Source: Pelagomonas calceolata
Lineage: Eukaryota
Direction of reading: 5' to 3'
Assembly: GCA_918797485.1 (NCBI GenBank)
Contig: CAKKNE010000003.1
Span: 3,658,001-3,722,000 of the forward strand
DNA: 64,000 nucleotides
This document shows positions 1 to 10,167 of this stretch, in pieces (position 1 is the first letter of the stretch; the number at the start of each line of letters is the position of its first letter). The position numbers and the translations under genes are program-made. The notes beneath the pieces are model-generated. The model ran no database searches and was not told the origin of the DNA. It saw only the letters and a list, made by a program, of their open reading frames with translations.

Positions 1-204
1 CAGCGGGCATATCGACGCGCGGCATCACCATCTATCGCATTCTGCGCTTCGCTGGGACCTCTCTGCGTGGGAATTCATCGCCTGCTTAAGCGCTAGCGCT
101 TGCCGCAGGCCGCAAGCCACAACACCCAGGTTGACCAAAAAGAAAGCAATCGCTGCGGCGTCGGCGCGGTCGGCGCGGACCGATATATTATAGCGATAGT
201 CGCG

Positions 205-1995
205 ATGGCCACGCCGCTCGCCGCCGGCAGCGACGCCACGCCGCTCGCCACGGCCAGCGAGCAGCTCCGCGCGAGCAACGGCTCGTCGGCGCTCGCCGCC
301 GCCATCGCCGCGGCCGAAGCCAAAAACGTGCCGCCGCCGCCGGCCATGCCCTCGGTGACCGCCGGGGGAGCCGCCGCGGCGCCGCCGGCGATGCCACCGA
401 TGACCACCCCGGGCGCCGCGGCGCCGCCCGCGGCCTCGACGCCGAGCGCAGCCGGCGGGTCGCAGGCGGCACCAAGGCCGCCGGTCACGGCGCCGACGCT
501 GCCCTCGCTGGGCGCCGCGGCCGCCAAAGCGCCAGTAACATTAGCGCGGCGCGTCCAGCCGGCGCCCGTCGCCAAGGATTCTGATGATGACGACGACCTC
601 GACATCCAGGCCTCGACAAAATCACTGAAAGACGCTCCTGTAGAACCGCCCCCGCCGCCCGGCAGTCGTATTACGGTGCGCTTCAGCGACGGTATTGATT
701 ATGGCGGCACCGTGCAAAAACTGCTAGATGGAAATAAAGCATTTGTGCTGTACGACGACGGCCAGAGCGAGGCCGTGCAATTTCCTGACAGTGACGTGAA
801 AATTACGCGCGTCGGCCCGGGCCCGCCGAAGCGCGTGCCGTTGCGAGCGAGGCTGGCGACGGCCGTCCCCCCTTCGGATGAGGATAGCGACGACGACGCT
901 TTGGATCGAGCGGCTCTGCTGTCCAAGCCGGTGGCTTGGCCCGGCGACAAGGCGCCGTCGAAACCTCGTACGAGGGGTCGGAAGCGGCCCGTTGTCCAGA
1001 AGGACGACGATTCTTCTTCAGACGCGTTGGAGGACATTATTTGCGAGGCGTGTAAAAGAGGCGACGACGAGGCGAATCTCATCGAGTGCGACGCGGGTTG
1101 TGGAAGGTGGCGCCACCTGCGGTGCTGCGCGCCACCCTTAGATACAGTACCAGAAGTTTGGGCCTGCCCGGCTTGTTCAATGCCGAGAGAAGAAGGCGTC
1201 GCGTGCAGAGGCGATGTGGTATTTGCCAAGTTCGCGCACTACCCCTGGTGGCCCGCGACGATTCGATCCCTGAAGACGGATACTGTTAGAATCTCGAAGC
1301 AGCCGCAGCGGCGCGGCCAGCTCACCGGGGTGCATGTGGACGTCTTGTATGTTGGGAGAGACGTGAACGCGACCGTCGACGCGTTAAGGTGCGTGCCCTT
1401 CGAGAGCGGTCTCGCTGAAATGCGGAGCTACGCGCGCGCGACCAAGGGGTCCTTCGACAACGGCGACTGCCCGCGCGACGCGTTCCGCGAAGCTGTTCAA
1501 CTAGCTGTAGATAAGTGCGCGGCGCGCAAGGCCGCTCGCAACAACAGTACTGATGTAGCCCAGTACAAGCAGGCTCTCCTGGACAAGTGCGGCGTCGCGT
1601 CGAAGCTACTCTTAGTACCTGATACCGATGATGATGAGCCCGTGCAGATGACAGCGGCGCCGCCGGTGCCCTTTGCGCAACAACCTTTAGCGAGACCCGT
1701 GATCGCGCAGCCGAAGAAACGGTCGACGGCCTCGGGTCGCGAGTCCACGTCGTCGCGGGACGGGCACCTGTGGTACGCGGCGATGTTGAGGGTGGGCATC
1801 GACGAGGCGACGGCCCTGGAGGCGGTCCGCGAGCGCCTCGACTGCTCCGAGGCCTTCGCGAAGCAGGTCGTCCGGCAGAAGGCTCAACGCCGCGCGTCGA
1901 CGTCCCTGAAGACGTCGCCGACCGAGGACGACTACGCGAAGCCGCGCGTGCAGCTGCGCGCGACCTCCAAAAGGCAGCGGGGGCTGCCCGCCTAG
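205..1995 (+). CDS. Chromatin-reader protein with Tudor-like, PHD finger and PWWP domains
   Basis: PHD pattern CEACK...LIECDAGCGRWRHLRC...WACPAC; PWWP GDVVFAKFAHYPWWPA; Tudor-like GSRITVRFSDG..YGGTV...VLYDDG; first ATG at 205. Confidence 0.8.
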   Translation: MATPLAAGSDATPLATASEQLRASNGSSALAAAIAAAEAKNVPPPPAMPSVTAGGAAAAPPAMPPMTTPGAAAPPAASTPSAAGGSQAAPRPPVTAPTLPSLGAAAAKAPVTLARRVQPAPVAKDSDDDDDLDIQASTKSLKDAPVEPPPPPGSRITVRFSDGIDYGGTVQKLLDGNKAFVLYDDGQSEAVQFPDSDVKITRVGPGPPKRVPLRARLATAVPPSDEDSDDDALDRAALLSKPVAWPGDKAPSKPRTRGRKRPVVQKDDDSSSDALEDIICEACKRGDDEANLIECDAGCGRWRHLRCCAPPLDTVPEVWACPACSMPREEGVACRGDVVFAKFAHYPWWPATIRSLKTDTVRISKQPQRRGQLTGVHVDVLYVGRDVNATVDALRCVPFESGLAEMRSYARATKGSFDNGDCPRDAFREAVQLAVDKCAARKAARNNSTDVAQYKQALLDKCGVASKLLLVPDTDDDEPVQMTAAPPVPFAQQPLARPVIAQPKKRSTASGRESTSSRDGHLWYAAMLRVGIDEATALEAVRERLDCSEAFAKQVVRQKAQRRASTSLKTSPTEDDYAKPRVQLRATSKRQRGLPA

Positions 1996-2028
1996 GGACT
2001 TCCCCCTCCTTGCTAAGTGTACTCCTTA

Positions 2029-2665
2029 CTAACAGGCCTTCTTCTCGCTGTTGTTGCGCAGCCGCCCGTAAATTTGAGGCAACGAGACCACTACCGCGAG
2101 GCGCAGGAACGCGCTCGTATCAATACGAGACGCGTCCGCGGCGAGTGCGAGGTATATAACGAGCTCCAGGACGCATATGGTCGCACCCAGGAAGTCGCCC
2201 ATAACGCCGCCGAGGACCGACTGGCCGTAGGCGCCGGCGACGACCGTTCCCACCGCCGTCGCGGCGAGGACACGCATAGCAGCCTCAACGGGCAGCAGTC
2301 CGAGCGCGATGATCATGGCCGACACGATGGCCCCAAGCACGCGCCACGGGCCGAGAAGGCGACGGCTATCCCCAAACCAGTTGTAGAACTCCCCTTTGGC
2401 CTGTGTGCGAGATAGACCGTCACCGCCACGCCGTCGAGCAGATGATTTCCGCACCGCCTGTAACGTCGGCGTCGTCCACCACGTACTCGTAGAAAAATAC
2501 CAGCGGCGCCGCGGACGCCCGCGCCACACTTTGCGCGACGACGATCGCGGGGCCCGCGCCCGCCGACGCGCCGACGGCCCAGACCGAGGGCCCGAGGGCC
2601 GCGATCGTCGCGCACTTGGCCAAACACCAAAGGCCCGCGCCGACCGTCGCGTACGAGCCGCTTCC
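2029..2665 (-). pseudogene. cobS: Cobalamin synthase (CobS)-like C-terminal half, 2 exons (intron 2401-2464); N-terminal half not found
   Basis: Spliced product GSYATVGAGLWCLAK...AQSVARAS...DDAD|AKGEF...LGGVMGDFLGATICVLE matches the CobS C-terminal GGxTGDxLGA..E pattern and is hydrophobic; there is an in-frame TGA just upstream of GSGSY. Confidence 0.55.
2401..2456. mobile_element. Degenerate introner family A copy in the cobS-like gene
   Basis: CTGTGTGCGAGAT...GATTTCCGCACCG; donor 8 nt outside; flanks CCTTTGGC/CCTGTAAC (5/8). Confidence 0.6.
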
Positions 2666-2799
2666 CCGTCACCCCGTTTGTGCAGCATTCGACCCAATGT
2701 TCGGGTAGAAAGGAACTGCACATGAGCTGTTGGTAACCACCAGGCGGGTTATAAAGTTGTTTTCTGTGTGCCCATTCGCCGGGGGAACAGGAGGGGTAG

Positions 2800-3090
2800 C
2801 TATTTTCTGCTCCAACCAAAATCGAGCGTTCGGCCGCCCGACGAGCGGTGTTGCGAGAGCTCGGCTATCACGGCGTCCTTCTCGGCTATCACGGCATCCT
2901 TGTTGGCCAGCGCGGCGTCCTTTTCGGCCAGCGCGGCGTTCAATCGCTCGACCTCCTTGGCCAGCGACGCTTCGAACGTGTCGGCGGTCTCGCCCGACGC
3001 AGCTTCCTTGACGCCCCGTAGCGATGGCGGCGCGACGGCGCCGGCCGCCGCCAGCGCGACGGCGAGCAAAATAGTTTTTATGCGTGCCAT
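2800..3090 (-). CDS. Small protein with signal peptide and heptad coiled-coil repeats
   Basis: MARIKTILLAVALAAAGA signal-like start; AEKDAALA/NKDAVIA/EKDAVIA repeats. Confidence 0.45.
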   Translation of the reverse strand: MARIKTILLAVALAAAGAVAPPSLRGVKEAASGETADTFEASLAKEVERLNAALAEKDAALANKDAVIAEKDAVIAELSQHRSSGGRTLDFGWSRK

Positions 3091-3344
3091 CTTCGTGTTA
3101 TGTCAGCTACAATTGTTGGCTGTTTTTTCAATGAGGGCGAAACTCAAGGTTTCTTCCTCCTGGCTCTCTCGGTGGAGTAGTCGATAGGCGATGAGGGCTA
3201 AGTCAAACCCTGCTCGATGATCGGCGCGCCGCGCCGCCTCTTCTGCGCCACTTGACGATTATTTGGCAGCTGCACGAAACCCGCGAGTCCTGGTGCCAAG
3301 CGTAGATGACGGTATAGATACGACTTAATTTCGATTTAATACGA

Positions 3345-6300
3345 CTAGTTCGACGCCGCCGCACGCCGTCGTTCCCGCTCCCGGCGGTCGACCTCGCGGC
3401 CGACCGCCTTCGTCAGCTCCTCCACGAGCAAGATGGGCAGCGAGAACTTGGCGACGGTGATCCAGTTCGCCTTCGTAAGCGGCGCGAGGCCGAAGAGGCC
3501 GCGGAGCCACGGCGCATGTAATAGGAACATATGCAGCGCGACGGGCAAGGCGACTCCGGCGAGGAGCCAAGGATTGGCCCACGGCGCGACGCGCAGCAGC
3601 GAGTGGTCGAGCGACACGGCGCTCAGCGCCTTGAGCCTGCGCGGACGTCGACCGGTGAGCTCCAGCCGGCACGCCGTCGAGCAGAAACACATGAATACAG
3701 TGTCACGTCGACGGTGTCGAGGCACGCCATCGAGCAGACACGGCGTAGTTGCGTCGACGGCGTGGGAGGGAGCGACATGATGCACCAAGAAGCGGGACGC
3801 CGCGCGACTCACATCTCCATCGCGACGAGCGTCGTCAAGGCTAGAGTTTGCGCGGTGGCCTTGACAGCGCCTTTCGCGCCGAAGGCCCCAGCACAAGCAT
3901 CGCTCCCCGCCTGTGTGGAAATCAACCAGTGTGTCGGGTGCACCCGACAATTCTTCACTAAGTCATTTCTCGGCGATGACGTGGCCGCGCTGGCTCCGTC
4001 GAGCGGTGAGGAACCGGCATCGCCACGCCATCGAGCAGGCGTCGCGTCGATGGCGTGGAGGACGACGCGACGATTCAGCACGAACGCGCCGTAAAAGCTT
4101 GATTTCCACACAGCTCCCCGCGTTGATGGGAGCGAAGTCGGCCCACGCCGGCTCCTTCAGGTCGCACGACGCCCACGACCGCAGCCGCTGTCGACTTACA
4201 CCGCGATCCTTGAACTCGTTGAGGAACACTTGGATCGTCGCGAAGCCCACATAAGCACCGGTGATGGCATATCTACCAAGTAACCACGGCGTCAGGATCG
4301 GCGCCTTCGGGTCTCTGGGCGGTCTGGACATCGCATCAGGATCGGGCGGATTAAACCCTAAGGCAGTGGCGGGCGGCCCATCAGTGACGAGGTTCACCCA
4401 CAACAACTGCAGCGGCGTGAGGACGTCCGGCACGCCGAGACACGTAGCACCGAAGACAGTAGCGACCTCGCCGAAATTACAACTCAACAGAAAGCAGACA
4501 AATGCTTGCATGTTCTTGTAGATCCCGCGACCTTCTTCCACGGCGGCCACAATGGTAGCAAAATCATCATCCATGAGGATCATGTCCGCCGCTTGCTTGG
4601 CCACCTCCGTGCCCGCGATGCCCATCGCCACACCGATAGAAGCTTGCTGGAGCGCCGGAGCGTCGTTGACGCCGTCGCCCGTCATCGCCGTGACGTCGCC
4701 GTGCGCGTCGGCCAGCAGCTTGATGATGCGCTGCTTGTCGGCCGGCGCCGTCCTACAAAACACGCCGTCGCCCGCGGACGGCGCGAGCAGGTCCTTGCGC
4801 CGGCCCTCCGCTTCGGCCGAGTCGTCCGCAAAGAACGCATTGCCCTCCCAGGCGCGCTCGTCGCTCTCCAGAATACCCAATTCCTTCCCGATGGCGACGG
4901 CCGTCTCCTTGCTGTCGCCGGTGATCATGAAGACTCTCACCCCAGCTGACTTGCATCGCGCTATCGCTCGCTTCGCCTCCGGGCGCGGGGGATCCCGAAT
5001 GCCCGCGACGCCTTCCAGGATCAGATCGGACTCAAACGCCTCGTGGGCCGCGGGCCCGCCCCGTTCCACGTCCTCCCACGCGGTGACGTCCTTCGTCGCG
5101 AGCGCGAGGCACCTCAAAGGTCGAGACGCCATCGCCGTGACTTTCTCAATGAGCGCGGATCGCGTCGACTCGTCCAATGAAACAACAGACCCGTCCTCCC
5201 GGCGCACGCGCGTGCACCGCGCGATGACCGAGTCCGGCGCGCCCTTGACATATAACGACGTGGCATCGCCGCGCGTGCAGACCGTGGACATGGACTTACG
5301 TCCTCTATCAAACTCCAACGTCGCCTTCCGCTCGAAGGCGTGGCGCCAGGACAGCGCCGCCCGCTGCCAGGCGCCGGCCTGCTCGTACCCGGCCGGCTTT
5401 CGGAACGGGGGCGGTCCTAGTTTTTCGGCGAGGACGCGCAACGCGCATTCTGTTGGCTCGCCGACTCGAACAAATTCGCCCGAATCCTCGTCCCTTGCCA
5501 ATTGCGCGTCGTTGCACAGCGCACAGACGGACGCGCACTGCAATAATCGAACGTCGGCACAACCATTGCGCTCTTCAAAGCCTCGCACGTCACCGTCGGT
5601 CGGATCGTACGAGCCACCTGTCACTTCCAATTCGTCAAAAGTGCCCGACGACGGAATTAACAAAGAGACGACTGTCATCGCGTTCGTCGTGAGCGTGCCC
5701 GTTTTGTCACTACAAATGACCGACGTGCATCCCAGCGTCTCGACGGAGGGCAAGCGCCTTACGACGACGCGCCGCGCGGCCATCCTTCTGGTTCCTAGAG
5801 ACAAGCATAGGGTGATAACAGCAGGCAACCCCTCGGGGATGGCCGCGACGCCCAACGCCACGGCTCCTTTGGCGTAATGGGCCGCGCCCTTGAGTCGGTT
5901 CCCGCCAAACACCGGAGACCCGAACCTCGGCACGGAGGCCGCGAACGTCGCCGCGCAGATGCCGCCGATGACCAGTGTTAATTGAGAACCGAACTCGTCG
6001 AGCTTTTTTGCGAGGGGCGTCTTCTCCCTATCGGCTCTAGCTGCATCTACGCCCGCTTGCACTCTTCCTATCTGCGTCGACATGCCTGTGGCGACCACAA
6101 CACCGGTCGCGTGGCCCCGCGTCACGACCGTGCCCGCAAATACAATGTTCGACCGGTCGGCCAGAGGCGCCTTTTCATCAGATACAACATCGAGATCCTT
6201 GGACGTGGTCACGCTTTCGCCCGTCAGCGCGGCCTCGTCGGTCGAGAAGGCCGACGTCTTGAGTTGGAGCAATCTACAATCAGCAGGTACCTTGTCCCCG

Positions 6301-7014
6301 ACCCTCAAATACACGACATCACCAGGAACTAATTCGGACGCCTGGACCTCGCCGTCCCAGGCGCTGTTGCGTCGCACGCAGCACCTTGCTGGTTGTAATT
6401 TCTCCAATGCAGCTAGCGCACCATCTGCCGAGGATTCTTGCCAGACACCTACTGCGGCGTTCGACATCAGGATCAAGGATATGACCACGGGGTCGACCCA
6501 GGCCGTCGGGTCCTCGGCGTCGAGCATGCCTAGTACTGCTGATAGCACCGCGACGCCCACCTGCGCGACCGAACGGCCTCGAAATCGGAAAAGAAACCAC
6601 CCACGTCATCGTGAGATGGACACGAGTCGCGTCGATGGCGTGAAGGCGCCTCTACACAACGGGACGCCGAGATCGCACGAGTATCTGCACGAGTCGATCG
6701 TCGAACTGGTCCAAAAGCATCTGCCACTGCGTCCTCTTCGCAGCTTGGACGAGGACGTTCCTTCCCGACACTTCTCTTCTTCTTGTCACTTCGGCCTCGG
6801 ATAGACCGGCGTCCGGTTTCGCCGCGAAGCGCGTCACAGTGTCCGTGGCCGTCCAGGCGTGGGCACTTTCGGCCTCGGCGACGGTGGGCAGTGCCGGCGC
6901 GGCCGCGGCCGCGGGCGCGGGCGCCGCGGATCCGCCGCGCAGCGCGAGTGGCCGCAGCGCGCGCCGCCGCGGCAGCGCTGCGGCGAGGCCCGCGCATAGC
7001 AGCAATGCGCGCAT
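3345..7014 (-). CDS. P-type IIA (SERCA-like) Ca2+-ATPase, 4 exons (introns 6561-6678, 3911-4121, 3637-3812), with N-terminal signal-like presequence
   Basis: Motifs LTGES, AAIPEGLP, CSDKTGTLT, KGAP, MITGD, MTGDGVNDAPAL, LLWVNLVTDGPPATALGFNP; splicing restores the frame through MEM|LKALS. Confidence 0.93.
3911..4113. mobile_element. Introner / MITE family A, 203 bp, 15-bp TIR, perfect 8-bp TSD CTCCCCGC (3903-3910, 4114-4121)
   Basis: CTGTGTGGAAATCAA...TTGATTTCCACACAG interrupting the Ca-ATPase CDS. Confidence 0.92.
6561..6678 (-). mobile_element. Introner-like intron, family B
   Basis: Aligns end to end with 41989-42109 in infB. Confidence 0.7.
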
Positions 7015-7382
7015 GGCTGCCGGGCTGCTACGCGTGTGTCTGCAGGTAGGGACGCTACAAATGCAGCCTGCTAGCGTTCGCGCCAGTCAGGCCTACCGCG
7101 AACTGGATGCTGCTGCAGAGGACTGCAGCTCGCACAACCTGCTCGCACTACTGCAAAAATGCAATGCAATTGCAGGGCAAAAAGCTAGTGTGCCGATACG
7201 CTAGCTTTTGTCGAGGCCTTGCACAAGGTTGTGGATGGATACCAGGGCGTAGCGCTGCCTGTCGTGCCGTAGACAATGCCTGACAACGTCCTTTGACTGC
7301 TGCGCTGCCATAGCCGCTGTTTGCAGTCGTGTCACGGCTGCTCTCCCTGTCCAGCTGTATCATAGCTGCTCGGTTTGCATCC

Positions 7383-8468
7383 ATGCGACGCGCACTGGTC
7401 TGTCTCAGCTGCTGCGCCTTCGCAGCAGCGTTGGTCGCGCCGCCACAGCAACGGACGACGCGCACGGAACTTCACGCGGAGTCGCGCTTCTGGTCCTACG
7501 ACGGTGTGGACGTCCACTACGCCGTCGAGCAGGCGACGAAACCATCAGATGCGGTCGTCGTCTTCGGCCCGGGATTTGGAGCGGGCGCGTTCCAATTTGA
7601 AGACGTCTGCAGACACGTGGCAAATGGAGGCGTCGACGCGATCGCGATGGACTGGCTCGGCCAAGGGCGCTCGTGGCCCGAGGGCGACATGGCGGGGCGG
7701 AACTTTGGGGTGGAGACGTGGATCGCGCAACTGACGGCGTTCGTCGAGCAGCTCGACTACTCCCAGGTCTACGTCGCGGGCAACTCGATTGGGGGCCTCG
7801 TGGCGGCGTCCGTGGCCGCGCGGTCCGATAAAGTCGCGGGCTGCGCTTTGCTGAATCCGACGCCGTTCTGGAGCTTCTGGGGTGTAAATGGATGCCCGCT
7901 CTGGTCCGGCGACCTGCCGGGGCCGGCGCCCTTCGAGGCTTTTGGAGGTGCGTGGTTCGACGCTTTGAGGGATGAAAAGACGGTCCAGTCGTTGCTGAGG
8001 CAGGTCTACGCGGCGCCGGCCCGGGCCGACGACCGGCTGGCGCGGGACATTTGTACGAGTGCGGCGCATCCCAACGGGCCGCGCGTGTTTGCGTCGATCT
8101 TGTTCGCGGGACGAGCAAAAGATGAATTCGACGACGTCATGCGACGGCTGGGCGAGAAGGACCTCAAAACGTACCTCGTCTATGGGCGGGAGGACCCCTG
8201 GGTCCGGCCCATCTGGGGCCAGCGGGCGGCGCGGCGCTTCGCCGAGGCCGGGCGGACGGCGCCGTACTACGAGCTGTCGCCGGCGGGCCACTGCGTGCAC
8301 CACGAGGCGCCACACGCCGTGGCGGCCTGCGTGTTGAAGCTTATTCGCGGCGTCGACGTGCCTGTGTCCGTGCAAGAGGACCACGGGCCCCGGATAGCTA
8401 TCGAGGAGCGGGGTCCGGCGGCGCCGCGCGGGATTCTTGAGCGCGTCGCGGCGGGGGCGTGGGGGTGA
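7383..8468 (+). CDS. Alpha/beta hydrolase (pheophytinase-like), probably plastid-targeted
   Basis: PGFGAG, GNSIGG nucleophile elbow, YGREDPW, AGHCVHHEAP. Confidence 0.85.
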   Translation: MRRALVCLSCCAFAAALVAPPQQRTTRTELHAESRFWSYDGVDVHYAVEQATKPSDAVVVFGPGFGAGAFQFEDVCRHVANGGVDAIAMDWLGQGRSWPEGDMAGRNFGVETWIAQLTAFVEQLDYSQVYVAGNSIGGLVAASVAARSDKVAGCALLNPTPFWSFWGVNGCPLWSGDLPGPAPFEAFGGAWFDALRDEKTVQSLLRQVYAAPARADDRLARDICTSAAHPNGPRVFASILFAGRAKDEFDDVMRRLGEKDLKTYLVYGREDPWVRPIWGQRAARRFAEAGRTAPYYELSPAGHCVHHEAPHAVAACVLKLIRGVDVPVSVQEDHGPRIAIEERGPAAPRGILERVAAGAWG

Positions 8469-8785
8469 CGTAAGGTTCGGAAATTGTTAGTTGCGCGTCG
8501 GCGGCGCCGTCGTCCGTGGTGATGAGGCGTGATCGGGATAACTGGGCGGCTCGTCGGCGGCGCGTCGGCACTTGAGGCGGCTGCGAAAACACCGGCGCGC
8601 ACCGGATTCCGTTTCGGGGGCACTCTATGATTGTCCTTCCCTTCCGAATGCTCCGTTACGAAAAAGGACACTGACACCCGCACGCGAGGCAATGATTGCA
8701 GCCTCGCGCACCGGGCTCTCCGATAGGATTTGGCTGCATAGCGGTGCACCGTTGCAACGACAACAACGCAGAAAGCATTGCAAGG

Positions 8786-10062
8786 ATGCTCGCACTGCGC
8801 ACGCTGCAGCGCGGCGCGCCGCGATGGCTGGCGACGCGCGCCGCCTCGACGACACCGGTAGCGCTGGTCGGCTGCGGCATGCCCGGCCGCGGCATGGGCT
8901 GGTATCACGTGGCACGCGGCGTACAATGAATTCCCGCGCGAGCTTCACGATTTGTCCGCAGGCCAAGCAGATTCTGGACGGAGACGTGCCCTCGGCCACG
9001 TTGACCGACATCGTCGAGCCCTGGTTCCTCGGGGGAGGAAAGGACGGCCCCGGCGGCGCCGAGTTCGCCGCCTTCAAAGCCGAACACGAGGGCAAGGTGC
9101 GGTTCCACGCGAGCATCGCGGACATGCCAAAACCAGATGGGAAGATGATGGCCATGGCGCGGACGCGGCGTCTTTTGCACGCCGCGATGGCGTCGACGCG
9201 CGTCGCGGCCGCGCAGGTCTGCACGCGCACGGCGGACATGCCCGGCTACGTCGACGAGCTCGTGGACCACGGCGTGTCCCACGTCTTCCTCGAGAAGCCG
9301 GGAGCCCCGACGGTAGATGAATTAGGACGCATGAAGGACGACTGTGCCAAAAAGGGCGCGACGATCTGGATGGGCTTCAATAAAAATGTGACGGCCTACG
9401 TGACGAAGGGGCGCGAGGCCCTCGCGAAGGTGCCCGGCGGCGACTTCACGCTCGTGCACCACAACGCGTACAAGGCGGACGAGCTCGGCGAGTGCTTCGA
9501 AAGGAACGCGGAGGGCATGCTCAAGAACATGGCCATCCACGAACTCGCTTTGTTGGTCACGTTCTTCGGCGTCAACTCCGAGACCCTGTCGGACGTCGTC
9601 GCCGACAAGGCCTACTCGGACCTGCGGACGGAGAAGGGTCCGTCGTCCGGCGACGACTTCACGGACTTCTCTCGCATCGGATTCACGGTCACGACGAAGG
9701 CAGGAGCCAAGGTCAGCGTCTACGCCGACCGGTGCGGCCTGGAGCTGCCCGACGGCGCGATGGCGGACGGCGGGATGATGTACTCGTCCGTGTCGAAGCT
9801 CGGGATCATCCAGTCGCGCGACATCATGCCGGATGCCGACCTCGTGGCCACGGTCGAAGCTAGAAGCAAGGAGAACCCGGACTGGATGCCCTACTTCCAC
9901 CTCCAGCACGACGACTACATCACGCTGAAGGAGCGGTGCACGGCGCACATCGCGTCTGGGGCTTCGGGCGACCCGGAAGGCATCGCGACGATCCAGGTCG
10001 GCTACGACACCTTGAAATTGGCGGAGACGCTCAAGCCCTTGCTCGAGAAGCAGCTCCTCTAG
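8786..10062 (+). CDS. Gfo/Idh/MocA-like NAD(P)-dependent oxidoreductase, 3 exons (introns 8909-8961, 9157-9216)
   Basis: VALVGCGMPGRGMGWYH|AKQIL; FLEKPGA; MAIHE; mitochondrial-like N-terminus. Confidence 0.8.
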
Positions 10063-10167
10063 AAGGCTCCCCACGCCGTCGACGCGACAGACGTGTCTGC
10101 CCCCGACCCAAGACTAACTCCCGCCCTCGTGTATAACATTTCCCATCGAAGGCTAGTTACGCAGGGA

